This document shows positions 48,641 through 58,717 of a stretch of DNA of 64,000 bases, piece by piece. A program made the translations under genes and the position numbers. The notes beneath the pieces are model-generated. The model saw only the letters and a program-made list of their open reading frames with translations, had not been told where the DNA came from and did not search any database. Origin of the DNA: a virus; the IMG/VR virus record IMGVR_UViG_3300045988_181536, positions 64,001-128,000 of that record; one strand, 5' to 3'. The stretch's first letter is position 1; every line of letters begins with the position of its first letter.

Positions 48641-50199
48641 ACTCCCCAAAACCACAGCCAACTGAAACAAATGATGCAATTGCCGTTACAGAAAATCCGG
48701 CAATTAAAAGTTTGGTGCGTAGTAATACCAGAATGTTTGAGCAGTATTTAATGGCTGCAATGATTTTAAGTTATGATTTTTGGAGAGTTTACTGTAAGGA
48801 CAGAATTAACGCTAGAATAAGCTCCCACAGATCATACGAAGATTTTAGTAAAAGCGTATATAACAATATTTATGACGGAATTTGCACGTTTTATAACACT
48901 TTATCCGACAAAAACGACCCAAATAGTTCTTCAATTACCCAAGTCGATGTAAGCTTTGTTAATAGTCTTTTAAAAGACCAGATGTATCTGGGACAAATAA
49001 GTATTGAAGACACGAAATTTGCCGAAGAAAGTTTAAATGAAATTGTCCAGTTAATTAACAATTCTGCCGGAAACAATGATGTTATTTTTAATTTTGCCAA
49101 ATCCGGTTTTGCATTTTGGCTGGAATTAAGACGAGTATCCCAGATAACTGAAAAGTCGTTTAATACAAAAATAACGGCTGATGAATTAATTAATAAACTT
49201 AAATCAGCTACAGATGGATTAGATGTAGATGATTCTACGTTTATGTCGTTTAATGACGCCGTGGACTTTGAAGACGTAGATAATGGCGGTTATCGTATGC
49301 CCGTGGCTACATTGCCTATTTTTACAAGAGTATTAGCCGGAGGATTAAAGAAAGGCGAAACTGGCATTGTTGCGTCACTGCCTTCGGGAGGAAAAACAGT
49401 TTTTGCATGTCAGCTTGCCGTTGGGTTGGCCTTAAATGCTTTTAAGGTATTATTTATTTCAACTGAGCAACATGCTGTTAATCTCGTGCCGAGATGTGTT
49501 AGTCTTAGCACAAATATACCTTTTAGTTTAATAAATGATGGCATTAAACATGCTGTTAAAAATAGCAAATTAAATGACCAACAAATAACCGAAATAAAGG
49601 AGTTTACACAGTTAGTGCAACCTTATCTTTATTTTGAAAATTGGGGATTAAAGGGTAATAAGATAACAAGCAGTTTAGAACATGCCATTGAAAAATTTAT
49701 AGAAGTTAATGGCAGTTTGGATGTTGTTATTATTGACTGGATAGGCGGTGGCATTGAAAAACCTCCGGAAGATCGCGCCAAAAAGCACGAGTATTATGAC
49801 TATACCATGAAATACATTTGCAAGGTTATGAAACAAAAACATCTTGCAGGAGTGGTTATGGCACAGGTTAATCCTAAACAAGCGGAAAATGTCGCAATGA
49901 TTACCATTAACGAACTGGCCGATTGTAAAACACTAGACCAAGATGCTTCTTGGGCATTGGGTATCTCGCGTTTAGAGAATCCTAAAACTCGTGTATCAAA
50001 TCAAATCCAAGCTTCGTATAAAACGCAACAAACGTTTAACTTTTGGAAAAACCGATTGTCTCCGCCGTATCATTATCCCGTGCTTCGTGATTTTGCTTAT
50101 CAAAGATTTGCGGAAAAAGAACAAGCAAGTCCTATGACAAATGTGGCGACCAAGGTTGAACTTGGCAGTATGGATACATTAAACATTAAGCCAATTTAA
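48631..50199 (+). CDS. DnaB-like / RecA-fold replicative helicase
   Basis: Walker A ASLPSGGKTVFACQLA, Walker B VVIIDWIGG in the C-terminal half. Confidence 0.6.
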   Translation: MDLNSPKPQPTETNDAIAVTENPAIKSLVRSNTRMFEQYLMAAMILSYDFWRVYCKDRINARISSHRSYEDFSKSVYNNIYDGICTFYNTLSDKNDPNSSSITQVDVSFVNSLLKDQMYLGQISIEDTKFAEESLNEIVQLINNSAGNNDVIFNFAKSGFAFWLELRRVSQITEKSFNTKITADELINKLKSATDGLDVDDSTFMSFNDAVDFEDVDNGGYRMPVATLPIFTRVLAGGLKKGETGIVASLPSGGKTVFACQLAVGLALNAFKVLFISTEQHAVNLVPRCVSLSTNIPFSLINDGIKHAVKNSKLNDQQITEIKEFTQLVQPYLYFENWGLKGNKITSSLEHAIEKFIEVNGSLDVVIIDWIGGGIEKPPEDRAKKHEYYDYTMKYICKVMKQKHLAGVVMAQVNPKQAENVAMITINELADCKTLDQDASWALGISRLENPKTRVSNQIQASYKTQQTFNFWKNRLSPPYHYPVLRDFAYQRFAEKEQASPMTNVATKVELGSMDTLNIKPI

Positions 50200-50220
50200 G
50201 TATACAATATTTTAAGGATT

Positions 50221-50262
50221 ATTAACCGCTCACCATATAAACTGGTGAGCGGTTTTAACTTA
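50221..50262. terminator. bidirectional intrinsic terminator between convergent genes
   Basis: Perfect 12-bp palindrome aaccgctcacca tataaa ctggtgagcggtt flanked by T/A runs. Confidence 0.7.
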
Positions 50263-50268
50263 AAAATC

Positions 50269-52584
50269 TCAGAATACAAAGGCTTTCCTTATTTCATCCA
50301 TCAAGTTATTATGGTTTTCCCTAATGGTATTTGCGCATACCTGAAGATAAGCGGGATACCACTTAATGTTGGATGTGCCCTTTGATACAACATTTTTCAT
50401 CCAAGAAGTAAAGTATCCTATAAAAGATACGTGGTCAATTGCATTCTTGAAATCCTTAAAGCAATCGGCATATAAGCTGCCTTTTCCGGTGCCGAAGGTT
50501 TTATGTACAGCCAAAGCTACAGCTTCAAAGATTTGTTGAATATAGGGCGTTTTGTCACAATGACCTTCAGCCATTTCAGTAAACAATATTTGCAGAATAT
50601 TTGACAAATGGTCATAAATCGCAGCTTTATCTTTGCAACGGAAACCTAAGAAACGGGTATTTATAGGTCCTTGATAAAGCGGATGACCTTGATAATCCGG
50701 CAGATCATTCTCTACAGGCATATTGTTAATATACTCCACAACCTTTGGAGGCAGCTGATCTAAATTTCGCAGAAGACGCAGTGACTGCATGCTGTGAATT
50801 AAGCGCTTGGGGAACAACGCCCTGCTTTCATGACCGAATAAGTCGCAAATCCTAAGTTTCTCTTCCATAGGAATGCTGTTATATTTTTCATGTCTGCAAA
50901 GATAAGAGCACATGCTCCTATGCCACCAGTTAGGCATAACATCCGCCTTTACATTCGGATTTTTATTTAACTGATCCGCGTGTAAAATCTTTTGATAATC
51001 ATTTATAAATTCATCCAACAAAGACTTAGGTTCAGGAATAGATCCAGGGAACAAAGCGTCCTCTGCCATAATAACTTCAAGCGTAGGACGGAAACGCTGT
51101 ACTTTGCCTATGCTGCGAACATTTTTCCGAAGTTCTTTAAGTTCTTCAATGGCCTCATTTAAATCTATTTCATATTCGCTTTTATTTATTCCAGTCCAAG
51201 CATTTCCTGGCTGAATAGGAAATACCTTTTCAGGTTCTTGATTTAACCTTGCGGCCTTTTCTGCAATTGCCTTCTGCCTTTGTTCGAAAATGGTTATGCT
51301 GTAATCTATTGCTTCCTGAATGTCTTTAATATGGTTGCTGCGACGTTCCAGAGATTTAAAAAACCTAAACGGAGCCAAATAAACCGCATGCAAAGATTCG
51401 CTTAAAAATCTATAACTCATCACTGAAGAGAATTGTTTTTCAGGACGAATATATTTTCCAAGATAACGCTTGCTTATGGACTTAAGATCCTTTTGAAATC
51501 TTTCCCATTTGCGGCATTTATCCGCTTGAATTGTATCCTCTAAAGATTCTGTGCCCTGGGGCTTGGCTGGAGGAGACCATTTGAGGGCTTTTCTGTCCAC
51601 CTCCATATAGTCTATTATGGTTTTATTGGAATCATTTCCTGTATGTGCGCTGCAAGCAACTCTAAGTTCATTCAACATCTTCCAATAGCTTTTTTTGCAG
51701 AATCTGCCACCCATAGAATTGATAAGATTCTTAAGATAAAGAATATTGGGAAGATGATGCTGTATATCACCTTCTCGCTTACGTTCTAAATCAAGATAAA
51801 GCGAATGATAAAACTTGGTTCCGTGAAGCTTATTGGATATGAACTTGAAATTCATCATTACCGCCATATTCGGATTTGACGGGCAATAATCCAAAGACAT
51901 GTCTAAGAGATGAAGCGCATGTGTATCTGCCAAGGAGCAATGATTGTAATTGGCATATTGTATGCGCTTTAATTGAGGATTATAACCTGCAAAAAACTTA
52001 ACAGACTTAAGCCCCCTTTCTGGAACATTGCAACGACGATCAGATAAAGTCCAGCCGTAACCGTTGGTGGCTTTAGGGTTTTTTTCAGCCCATTCCTTCT
52101 CAAGCTGTGCTCTTTTCTGAGCACGTTCCTTTGCCTGTTGCTCCTTTTTTAAGGCTGCTTCTTTTTCCAGCTTTTCCTTTTTTAAAGCCTCTTCCTTGGC
52201 CTTTCTTCTCTCTGCAAGCATCTGTTGATAGATTGCTCTGCCTTTTGCAATAGCTTGTCTTCTACGCTCTCTGTCTTCTTCGGAGATATTTAAAGGCTTA
52301 GTGACTTTGTAACCCTTGGGGCGTCGAAAACGATATTTGTCCAACTTGGCTTTAGCTAATTCTAAAACTTTTTCTGAAACCGTATATTTCCTCTTGCCAG
52401 TTTTCGTGGCTCTATCTGCAGCCACTAAATTCATGCAACATTGTACTAAAGTTTTTTGATTTGCTTTAAGCTTATCTTGATCCAAACGTCCAGTTCCACC
52501 CCCGCGAGCTCTGTGCACCTTCTCGTTCAGGATGCTCTTAGACATATCGCAGTATTCTTCTGTATTACCAATAGTTGTTGCCAT
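50269..52584 (-). CDS. large hypothetical protein (771 aa) with central Lys/Glu-rich coiled-coil segment
   Basis: Only long minus-strand gene in this part; KEEALKKEKLEKEAALKKEQQAKERAQKRAQLEKEWAEK. Confidence 0.6.
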   Translation of the reverse strand: MATTIGNTEEYCDMSKSILNEKVHRARGGGTGRLDQDKLKANQKTLVQCCMNLVAADRATKTGKRKYTVSEKVLELAKAKLDKYRFRRPKGYKVTKPLNISEEDRERRRQAIAKGRAIYQQMLAERRKAKEEALKKEKLEKEAALKKEQQAKERAQKRAQLEKEWAEKNPKATNGYGWTLSDRRCNVPERGLKSVKFFAGYNPQLKRIQYANYNHCSLADTHALHLLDMSLDYCPSNPNMAVMMNFKFISNKLHGTKFYHSLYLDLERKREGDIQHHLPNILYLKNLINSMGGRFCKKSYWKMLNELRVACSAHTGNDSNKTIIDYMEVDRKALKWSPPAKPQGTESLEDTIQADKCRKWERFQKDLKSISKRYLGKYIRPEKQFSSVMSYRFLSESLHAVYLAPFRFFKSLERRSNHIKDIQEAIDYSITIFEQRQKAIAEKAARLNQEPEKVFPIQPGNAWTGINKSEYEIDLNEAIEELKELRKNVRSIGKVQRFRPTLEVIMAEDALFPGSIPEPKSLLDEFINDYQKILHADQLNKNPNVKADVMPNWWHRSMCSYLCRHEKYNSIPMEEKLRICDLFGHESRALFPKRLIHSMQSLRLLRNLDQLPPKVVEYINNMPVENDLPDYQGHPLYQGPINTRFLGFRCKDKAAIYDHLSNILQILFTEMAEGHCDKTPYIQQIFEAVALAVHKTFGTGKGSLYADCFKDFKNAIDHVSFIGYFTSWMKNVVSKGTSNIKWYPAYLQVCANTIRENHNNLMDEIRKAFVF

Positions 52585-53811
52585 AATCGTTGTTTTAAAT
52601 TTTTCGTTATCTTTTCAAATTTTTATTATCCAATCAAGAAAAATTTTCTTAAAACCTGTAAAATTTTTAATAAGTATATAAAAATTAATGAGTTAAAGTT
52701 AAAATTTTTCTGATTCATGGTTGTTTATGTTGAATTTTAGGATTAGTGTGCCTTATTGGAAGAACCTATTACTATTTCTGAATAGCTAATCGGCCAACTT
52801 TTTGGTTAACATGGCGAGAGCGTAGCCCTCGCCTACACTCTGCATGTTAAATGTTAAAGATGCTTTAATGTTACAAATTAAAAGTCAAACATTAAAGATA
52901 AAAAAGTTGGCCTTTACGAACCTCTCATGTTCATGCCATCGGTCAACGCCCGATGTCACTTTTTCCGTTACTAAGATCTTGCGCCCCTACGGGGCGCTGG
53001 CGGAACCCCTGTAACTCCGCAATTTTTACGAAAATTGGCGCGAAAAACTGTTTAAATTCTCCAAAATTACATAGGAAAAAATGTGTCATTGCTAAAAATT
53101 GCAGTGCATTTGCCCGCTGTAAATAGACTAAAAAATAGCCAAATGATCAAAACGGAAATCTGGAACAATAGCTATATGCAGGAAAAAATGGGCTTAGAAT
53201 CTTTTTTAAATTTAAAGGTATATAAATATATAGCCTAAAAGCTAAAAATCATTTTTAAGGGCGTTTATTCGCGTTTTTTAATTTTATCGCTGGGTCAGAA
53301 CTAAATCCCTAAAAGCTGTATTAAGGGAGATTGCGTTATATCAAAAGTCGCCATGATAGCTATTATAAAAACGCTAAGTCTATTATACTGTGAAAATAAG
53401 CCCTAATTTCCCTTCCCCTGCACCCCTACCTTTGAATGAATATATTTTTATCTTCGAATTAACATTCTCGATAAAAAGCTTTTTATATTCTATCTGCATA
53501 AATGCATCTAGCATATAAAAAGAAAAATTATTAACATAATTTTTTCTACCTATTACTATTTCTGAATAGCAAAATAGTATTACCTTCGGAACTGCGTTCC
53601 TGCGGTAATACTATTTATTTTCTTTTTTAAAGGTGTTAAAATTTAAAGAGAAGAATCTTAAAAGAATTAGAGAAAAAATAACCAAAATTTAAAATGACAA
53701 TAAAACACCATACAATAATCCTAAATTAAAAAGCGATTATTGCATATCCATTAAGTAAAATTTTTTAAATAAAAAAAAAACAAACCATGTGTAAGTGTCA
53801 ATAGAAATTTC

Positions 53812-55182
53812 TTGATTAGTAAATCAATCCCATGCTTCAATCTATATCCCACAATGAGCACAGCTAAAACCTACATACTTGATGACAGATTATTAAAAAT
53901 AGATCTGTCCGCTTTGGAAAAAACATGCACAGCATTGAATTTTAAGTTAAGTCAACAAATACAAAGATTAGTTACGCGATTGCTTACAGTACATTTTACA
54001 GGCAAGTTGCATGTCATAGATCATAACCATTTGGAATTATCATTGCCTGATCCAGAATTATTGCAGGATGATGGTCCTAAAGAGTTAATGTCCAAGCATC
54101 TTTATGTAAACTTATCAAAATTTGCAGCAGAGGGTCATAATTGCGCTGCACGCTGTGTTAAAACCAATCGGTTTTATAATATAAAGGATTTGTTGGAAAT
54201 GCGTCCCATAGGATTAAGACATAAAGACAAGTCTTATAAATGGTATATAACTTGGGATCCGGATAAATTTTTAAAGAATTATAAAAATAAAGATTTATTG
54301 ACCTCTTCTTTAGTATTTAATTCCGAAGATGCTTTAGAGAATAAATGGATTTCTCCCGGCACATGCATTCCACTAAATAAATTGCCTGTATCCCATCCTG
54401 CAGTCTCTTATTTAAATGACAGGGGTTATACAGATATGGATGCTCTTGTCCGCCAGTTTAACGCTTCGTTTTGCACTGAGGAAAACCCGCAACTTAAACA
54501 TCTAAAATTCGGTAAGGATACTGAAGGCTATATAATTGACCCTTTTAAATTCTTTACCCCTCAAGGGTGTATTATTTTTACCGCTTTTCAATTAGGCCAG
54601 CCTAAATTATGGCAAGCAAGAATTTTAGATAAAAAATTAGGCAATGATAAATTGCATTATATGCATTTTGTCAATGACCCATTTAAAAGAATAAGCGGGT
54701 ATTATAAAGTAGCCGAAAAAGACGCTACAGGTAAATACATACCTTTACAGGGTGTGTCTGATTCCATTATAAAAAGAAAATATTATTTATCTCCAGGTTC
54801 TAAGGCCGGTAATGTTTTGATGGGTTATGATGCCGCGAGAGAATTTAATTTATCCCGTCCGTCAGGGAAGAAAGTTATAGGGCTTTGTGAAGGCGTTTTA
54901 GATGCTGCCAGAATGGGGCCGCCGTTTTGCGCTTATTTGGGAGGCGCTTTGTCCGTAGGACAGCTAAAATTAATTAGCAATGGCATGTTTGATAAAATAA
55001 TTCTTGCCGTAGACCATGATAAAGTCGGAAGCACTACGGCAGCTAAGTTGAGGCGTAGCATTTCTATGCTGGGAGGAATTGATATAGATGAATTAGACTA
55101 TCCTTTGAAGTTTAAAGATTTAGGAGAAATAACCGACAATAACCTGATTTTAGACTTAAAAAAACAATACGATTTATCTTGA
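53812..55182 (+). CDS. DNA primase (TOPRIM domain, DnaG-like)
   Basis: TOPRIM motifs VIGLCEGVLDAAR and ILAVDHDKVG; alternative start at ATG 53854. Confidence 0.65.
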   Translation: MISKSIPCFNLYPTMSTAKTYILDDRLLKIDLSALEKTCTALNFKLSQQIQRLVTRLLTVHFTGKLHVIDHNHLELSLPDPELLQDDGPKELMSKHLYVNLSKFAAEGHNCAARCVKTNRFYNIKDLLEMRPIGLRHKDKSYKWYITWDPDKFLKNYKNKDLLTSSLVFNSEDALENKWISPGTCIPLNKLPVSHPAVSYLNDRGYTDMDALVRQFNASFCTEENPQLKHLKFGKDTEGYIIDPFKFFTPQGCIIFTAFQLGQPKLWQARILDKKLGNDKLHYMHFVNDPFKRISGYYKVAEKDATGKYIPLQGVSDSIIKRKYYLSPGSKAGNVLMGYDAAREFNLSRPSGKKVIGLCEGVLDAARMGPPFCAYLGGALSVGQLKLISNGMFDKIILAVDHDKVGSTTAAKLRRSISMLGGIDIDELDYPLKFKDLGEITDNNLILDLKKQYDLS

Positions 55183-55217
55183 AAGTTAATTAAATATAAA
55201 GAATCTAAACCAACACT

Positions 55218-58200
55218 ATGGAAGAACAAGTAAAAACAAAAACCACGGATAATCCGGATCCGTTTACGAATGAGTTTTCCCGACAGATTTGGGAAGTAAC
55301 CTATAAAACGCAAAATGAAAAGAGTATTACAGATACGTGGAAACGTGTGGCAAATGCTGTAGCCAATGTAGAAAAGGATGAAGAATCCAAAAGATTTTAT
55401 GCTGAGGCTTTTTATGAGATTTTAAAAGATTTTAAGTTTATACCCGGAGGTCGTATATTGGCCAATGCAGGGGGTAGTTGTAAGAATGTCTCTCTCGTCA
55501 ACTGTTATCTCTCACCTGCTCCCAAATACGACATGGATTCCGTTGAAGGAATTATGGAGGTATTAAAGAACCAGGTTTTAACTTTAAAATCTGAAGGAGG
55601 CTGGGGTTTAAATTGTAGTTTTATTCGTCCCAGAGGTTCTTATATAGAAGGCATAGGTGCCAGAACCCCCGGTGCTGTAAAGTATTTGGAGCTGTTTGAT
55701 AAAAGTTCCGAAATTATTACGGAAGGTCCAGGAGAGTATTACATAGAGAATAAAGAAAAAACGCCTAAGAATGAAAAGAAGAAAATTCGCAAGGGTGCAA
55801 TGATGCTTTGTTTAAGCTGCTGGCATCCTGATATATACGAATTTATTACTGCCAAACAAAAGCCGTTTCATCTAACTAAAATGAATATGTCCGTAAATGT
55901 TACCAATGCTTTTATGGATATTTTAAATAGAGTTAACGAGCTTGTTAAAAACAATGCTTCGCAGGAAGAAATCGATGCTGTTGATTTTTGGCAATTGAGA
56001 TTTCCTGATACGGCTTTTGAAAAGTATAAATCCGAATGGGATGGAGACTTGGATAAATGGGAGAAAAAAGGTTATCCTGTAAAAGTTTATCGTACAGTAA
56101 GGGCTACTGATCTATGGGAAGCCTTAATGCAGTCTACCAGCAATCGTTCGGAGCCTGGAGTTTTATTTCTCGATAGGGCAAATGAGACACATTGCGCAAA
56201 TTATATCCCTGAGTTGCAATTAGTTGGGACAAATCCTTGTCTTACTGGAGATACCAAAGTTGCTGTTGCTGACGGGCGTACAAATGTGACTATTAAAGAG
56301 TTGGCCGAAGCTGGCAGAGATGTTCCGGTGTTAGCTTGTGATAATGCTGGCAATATTGTTACAAAGTTAATGCGTAATCCTCGTATTACAGGCTATAATA
56401 AAGATATTTATCGAGTGACTTTAGATGATGGTAATCATATTGATTGCACGTCTAATCATAAGTTTAGATTGTCTGATGGAACATATAAAGAGGTAAAAGA
56501 TTTATCAACAGGTGTAGCTTTGCACACAAATACGTTAAGTGTAGAAGAGTATAAACGTTATTTAGTGCAGGAAGTTTTAAATACGGAAATTACCCCTAAT
56601 CTTCAGCTTGATTCCGTACAACAACTGTGTGAAGAAGCAAAGTCTCAGGGTTATGAGGTAAAAATAGATAATAACATAGTTTTGGTTAAGAGGGTTTGTG
56701 AGGAATGTGGAAAAGAACATTTTGTTCCATTTACTCATCGCGAAATTGCGTTTTGTTCTCTGGAATGTTTAAATACCCATTTGAATAAAGAAAAAATCGC
56801 TGCCAAAACCACAAATACTGATTTAGATGTAATATCTGCTGAGGATTGGCCTGTAAGGTTTGTTTCGTCTATTGAATATATAGGCAAACAAGATGTCTAT
56901 ACCGGTACAGTTGATGATGTGCATAATTATTGCGTTGGGATGTTTGAAACTGTGAATGAACATGGACATCCAAAATTTTATATACTTAATAATCAGCAGT
57001 GCGGAGAGCAGGTTTTATACAGCGGAGGATGCTGCAACTTAGGATCCATCAATCTTACGGCATTTATAGAGTACGATGAAACTAAACATGCCGCCGTTTT
57101 TAACTTTCAGAAGTTCTCTGATATTGTTCCTTATTGCGTAAGATTCTTGGATAATGTCATAGACATTGCCAATCTGCCTTTGGAAGAATATAAATATATG
57201 GCTGAAAGTTATCGAAGAATCGGGCTTGGTATTACAGGCATAGGCTCTGCTTTAATGATGTTGGGTCTAAAATACGATTCTAAGGAAGCTAAAGACTTTT
57301 TAACTAAAGTTTTTGATGTTTATAATTTCTTAGGGATAAGGGCAAGTATCGCTTTAGCTAAATGTAAAGGTGCGTTTAAAGGATGCAATCCTGCAAAACA
57401 TGCTGATAATATAAAATATACGTTTAGACATTTACCGAAGTATATATTGGATGCTTTGCAAAAAGAATTGTTAGAAACTAACGGCATCCGCAATTCAGCC
57501 TTGTTCTCAGTCCAACCGACAGGCAATACAGGGTGTCTAGCCAATAATATTTCAGGCGGTGTGGAACCTGTGTTTCAGTTAGAATACTACAGAATTGTTG
57601 GAGTGCCGATTGTTCCTGAAAGCATAAAAGATAAATGTCCTAGGTTCTGGGAGGGGGATTTTACTCCGAACAATTATTTCAAAGAAGTTAAATACGCAGA
57701 TTTTACTTACTTGTCTTACGTAACTGAAGCTGGCCAAGAATATCAGATACATAAAGATAGAGGTCTGTGTGAAAAAGTAAAAATTCGAGATTATGCTTAC
57801 CAATGGATCTTGGATCATAATTTAGAATATCCACAGGAAGTTTTTACAACAGCTATGCAACTACCTGTTGAATCTCATTTGGAAATTCTGAAATTAGTAT
57901 CTGCACATTTGGATTCCGCTGTAAGTAAAACGATAAATGTTGGCAAGGATTACCCTTATGAACAGTTTAAGAATGTTTATTTAGATGCATATAATAGCGG
58001 AGTAATAAAAGGAGTTACGACTTATCGTGAGGGTTCTATGAGTGCAGTATTGCAAACTACGGATTCGAAAGATGACGTAAATCCTACATCTACATCGATT
58101 ATTCATCCTACTATTACTGCTGAGAAACGTCCTGATATATTGCCGTGTAGAGTATTTTTTAGAACGGTAAAAGGAATATCTTATTACTTTATTGTAAGTT

Positions 58201-58664
58201 TCTTGGAAAATAGTCCGTTTGAGATGTTTATTGACATAAATGAAGATAACATTTTTGACGAGGATGGAGAATGGGTTGAGCGCCGTCGCATTATACCCAA
58301 GACTGTAAAGGAAGGAACTTTAAAGAAGTTGGGTAAGGCTACGTTCGAGTTTGTATCTAAAGATGAGAAATTTATATTTAAAATTGTAAAAGCCAATGAG
58401 TCTTCAGATAAAGCCACATTAACAGCCCTTGCTCGTTTGGTGGCTTTGAATTTGCAGTCCGGTGTATCAGTGAAAGAGATAATACATCAGCTATCTAAAA
58501 CCGAAGGGGATTTTACTTCAATTGTGAAAGCAATTAACAAAGTATTGTCTCAGTGTGCTGGTAAAGTTGATCTTGGAGAAACATGCCCTGTTTGCGGAGG
58601 TAAAGTGTTACGTGAAGAGGGATGTAAAAAATGCTATGCATGTGGATGGTCTGCATGCGGCTAA
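55218..58664 (+). CDS. ribonucleotide reductase, class II-like (NrdJ-like), intein-containing
   Basis: RNR motifs NCYLSP, LKSEGGWGLNCSFIRPRGSYI, RKGAMMLCLSCWHPDIYEFI, active-site TNP|CGEQ interrupted by intein, CNLGSINL, C-terminal Cys-rich tail CPVCGG..CKKCYACGWSACG. Confidence 0.75.
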   Translation: MEEQVKTKTTDNPDPFTNEFSRQIWEVTYKTQNEKSITDTWKRVANAVANVEKDEESKRFYAEAFYEILKDFKFIPGGRILANAGGSCKNVSLVNCYLSPAPKYDMDSVEGIMEVLKNQVLTLKSEGGWGLNCSFIRPRGSYIEGIGARTPGAVKYLELFDKSSEIITEGPGEYYIENKEKTPKNEKKKIRKGAMMLCLSCWHPDIYEFITAKQKPFHLTKMNMSVNVTNAFMDILNRVNELVKNNASQEEIDAVDFWQLRFPDTAFEKYKSEWDGDLDKWEKKGYPVKVYRTVRATDLWEALMQSTSNRSEPGVLFLDRANETHCANYIPELQLVGTNPCLTGDTKVAVADGRTNVTIKELAEAGRDVPVLACDNAGNIVTKLMRNPRITGYNKDIYRVTLDDGNHIDCTSNHKFRLSDGTYKEVKDLSTGVALHTNTLSVEEYKRYLVQEVLNTEITPNLQLDSVQQLCEEAKSQGYEVKIDNNIVLVKRVCEECGKEHFVPFTHREIAFCSLECLNTHLNKEKIAAKTTNTDLDVISAEDWPVRFVSSIEYIGKQDVYTGTVDDVHNYCVGMFETVNEHGHPKFYILNNQQCGEQVLYSGGCCNLGSINLTAFIEYDETKHAAVFNFQKFSDIVPYCVRFLDNVIDIANLPLEEYKYMAESYRRIGLGITGIGSALMMLGLKYDSKEAKDFLTKVFDVYNFLGIRASIALAKCKGAFKGCNPAKHADNIKYTFRHLPKYILDALQKELLETNGIRNSALFSVQPTGNTGCLANNISGGVEPVFQLEYYRIVGVPIVPESIKDKCPRFWEGDFTPNNYFKEVKYADFTYLSYVTEAGQEYQIHKDRGLCEKVKIRDYAYQWILDHNLEYPQEVFTTAMQLPVESHLEILKLVSAHLDSAVSKTINVGKDYPYEQFKNVYLDAYNSGVIKGVTTYREGSMSAVLQTTDSKDDVNPTSTSIIHPTITAEKRPDILPCRVFFRTVKGISYYFIVSFLENSPFEMFIDINEDNIFDEDGEWVERRRIIPKTVKEGTLKKLGKATFEFVSKDEKFIFKIVKANESSDKATLTALARLVALNLQSGVSVKEIIHQLSKTEGDFTSIVKAINKVLSQCAGKVDLGETCPVCGGKVLREEGCKKCYACGWSACG
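56238..56999 (+). other. intein (254 aa) inserted before the catalytic Cys of RNR
   Basis: Block A CLTGDTKVAV, block B DCTSNHKF, internal Cys4 segment CEECG..CSLEC, block F VYTGTVDDVHNYCVG, ends ..ILNNQQ followed by CGEQ. Confidence 0.7.
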
Positions 58665-58675
58665 TTTAAACTTAA

Positions 58676-58712
58676 CAAACGACGGGCAAGACTTCCTGCC
58701 CGTCGTTTTTAA
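58676..58712 (+). terminator. rho-independent terminator after RNR
   Basis: aacgacgggcag / ctgcccgtcgtt stem followed by tttaaaaa. Confidence 0.6.
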
Positions 58713-58717
58713 AAACC

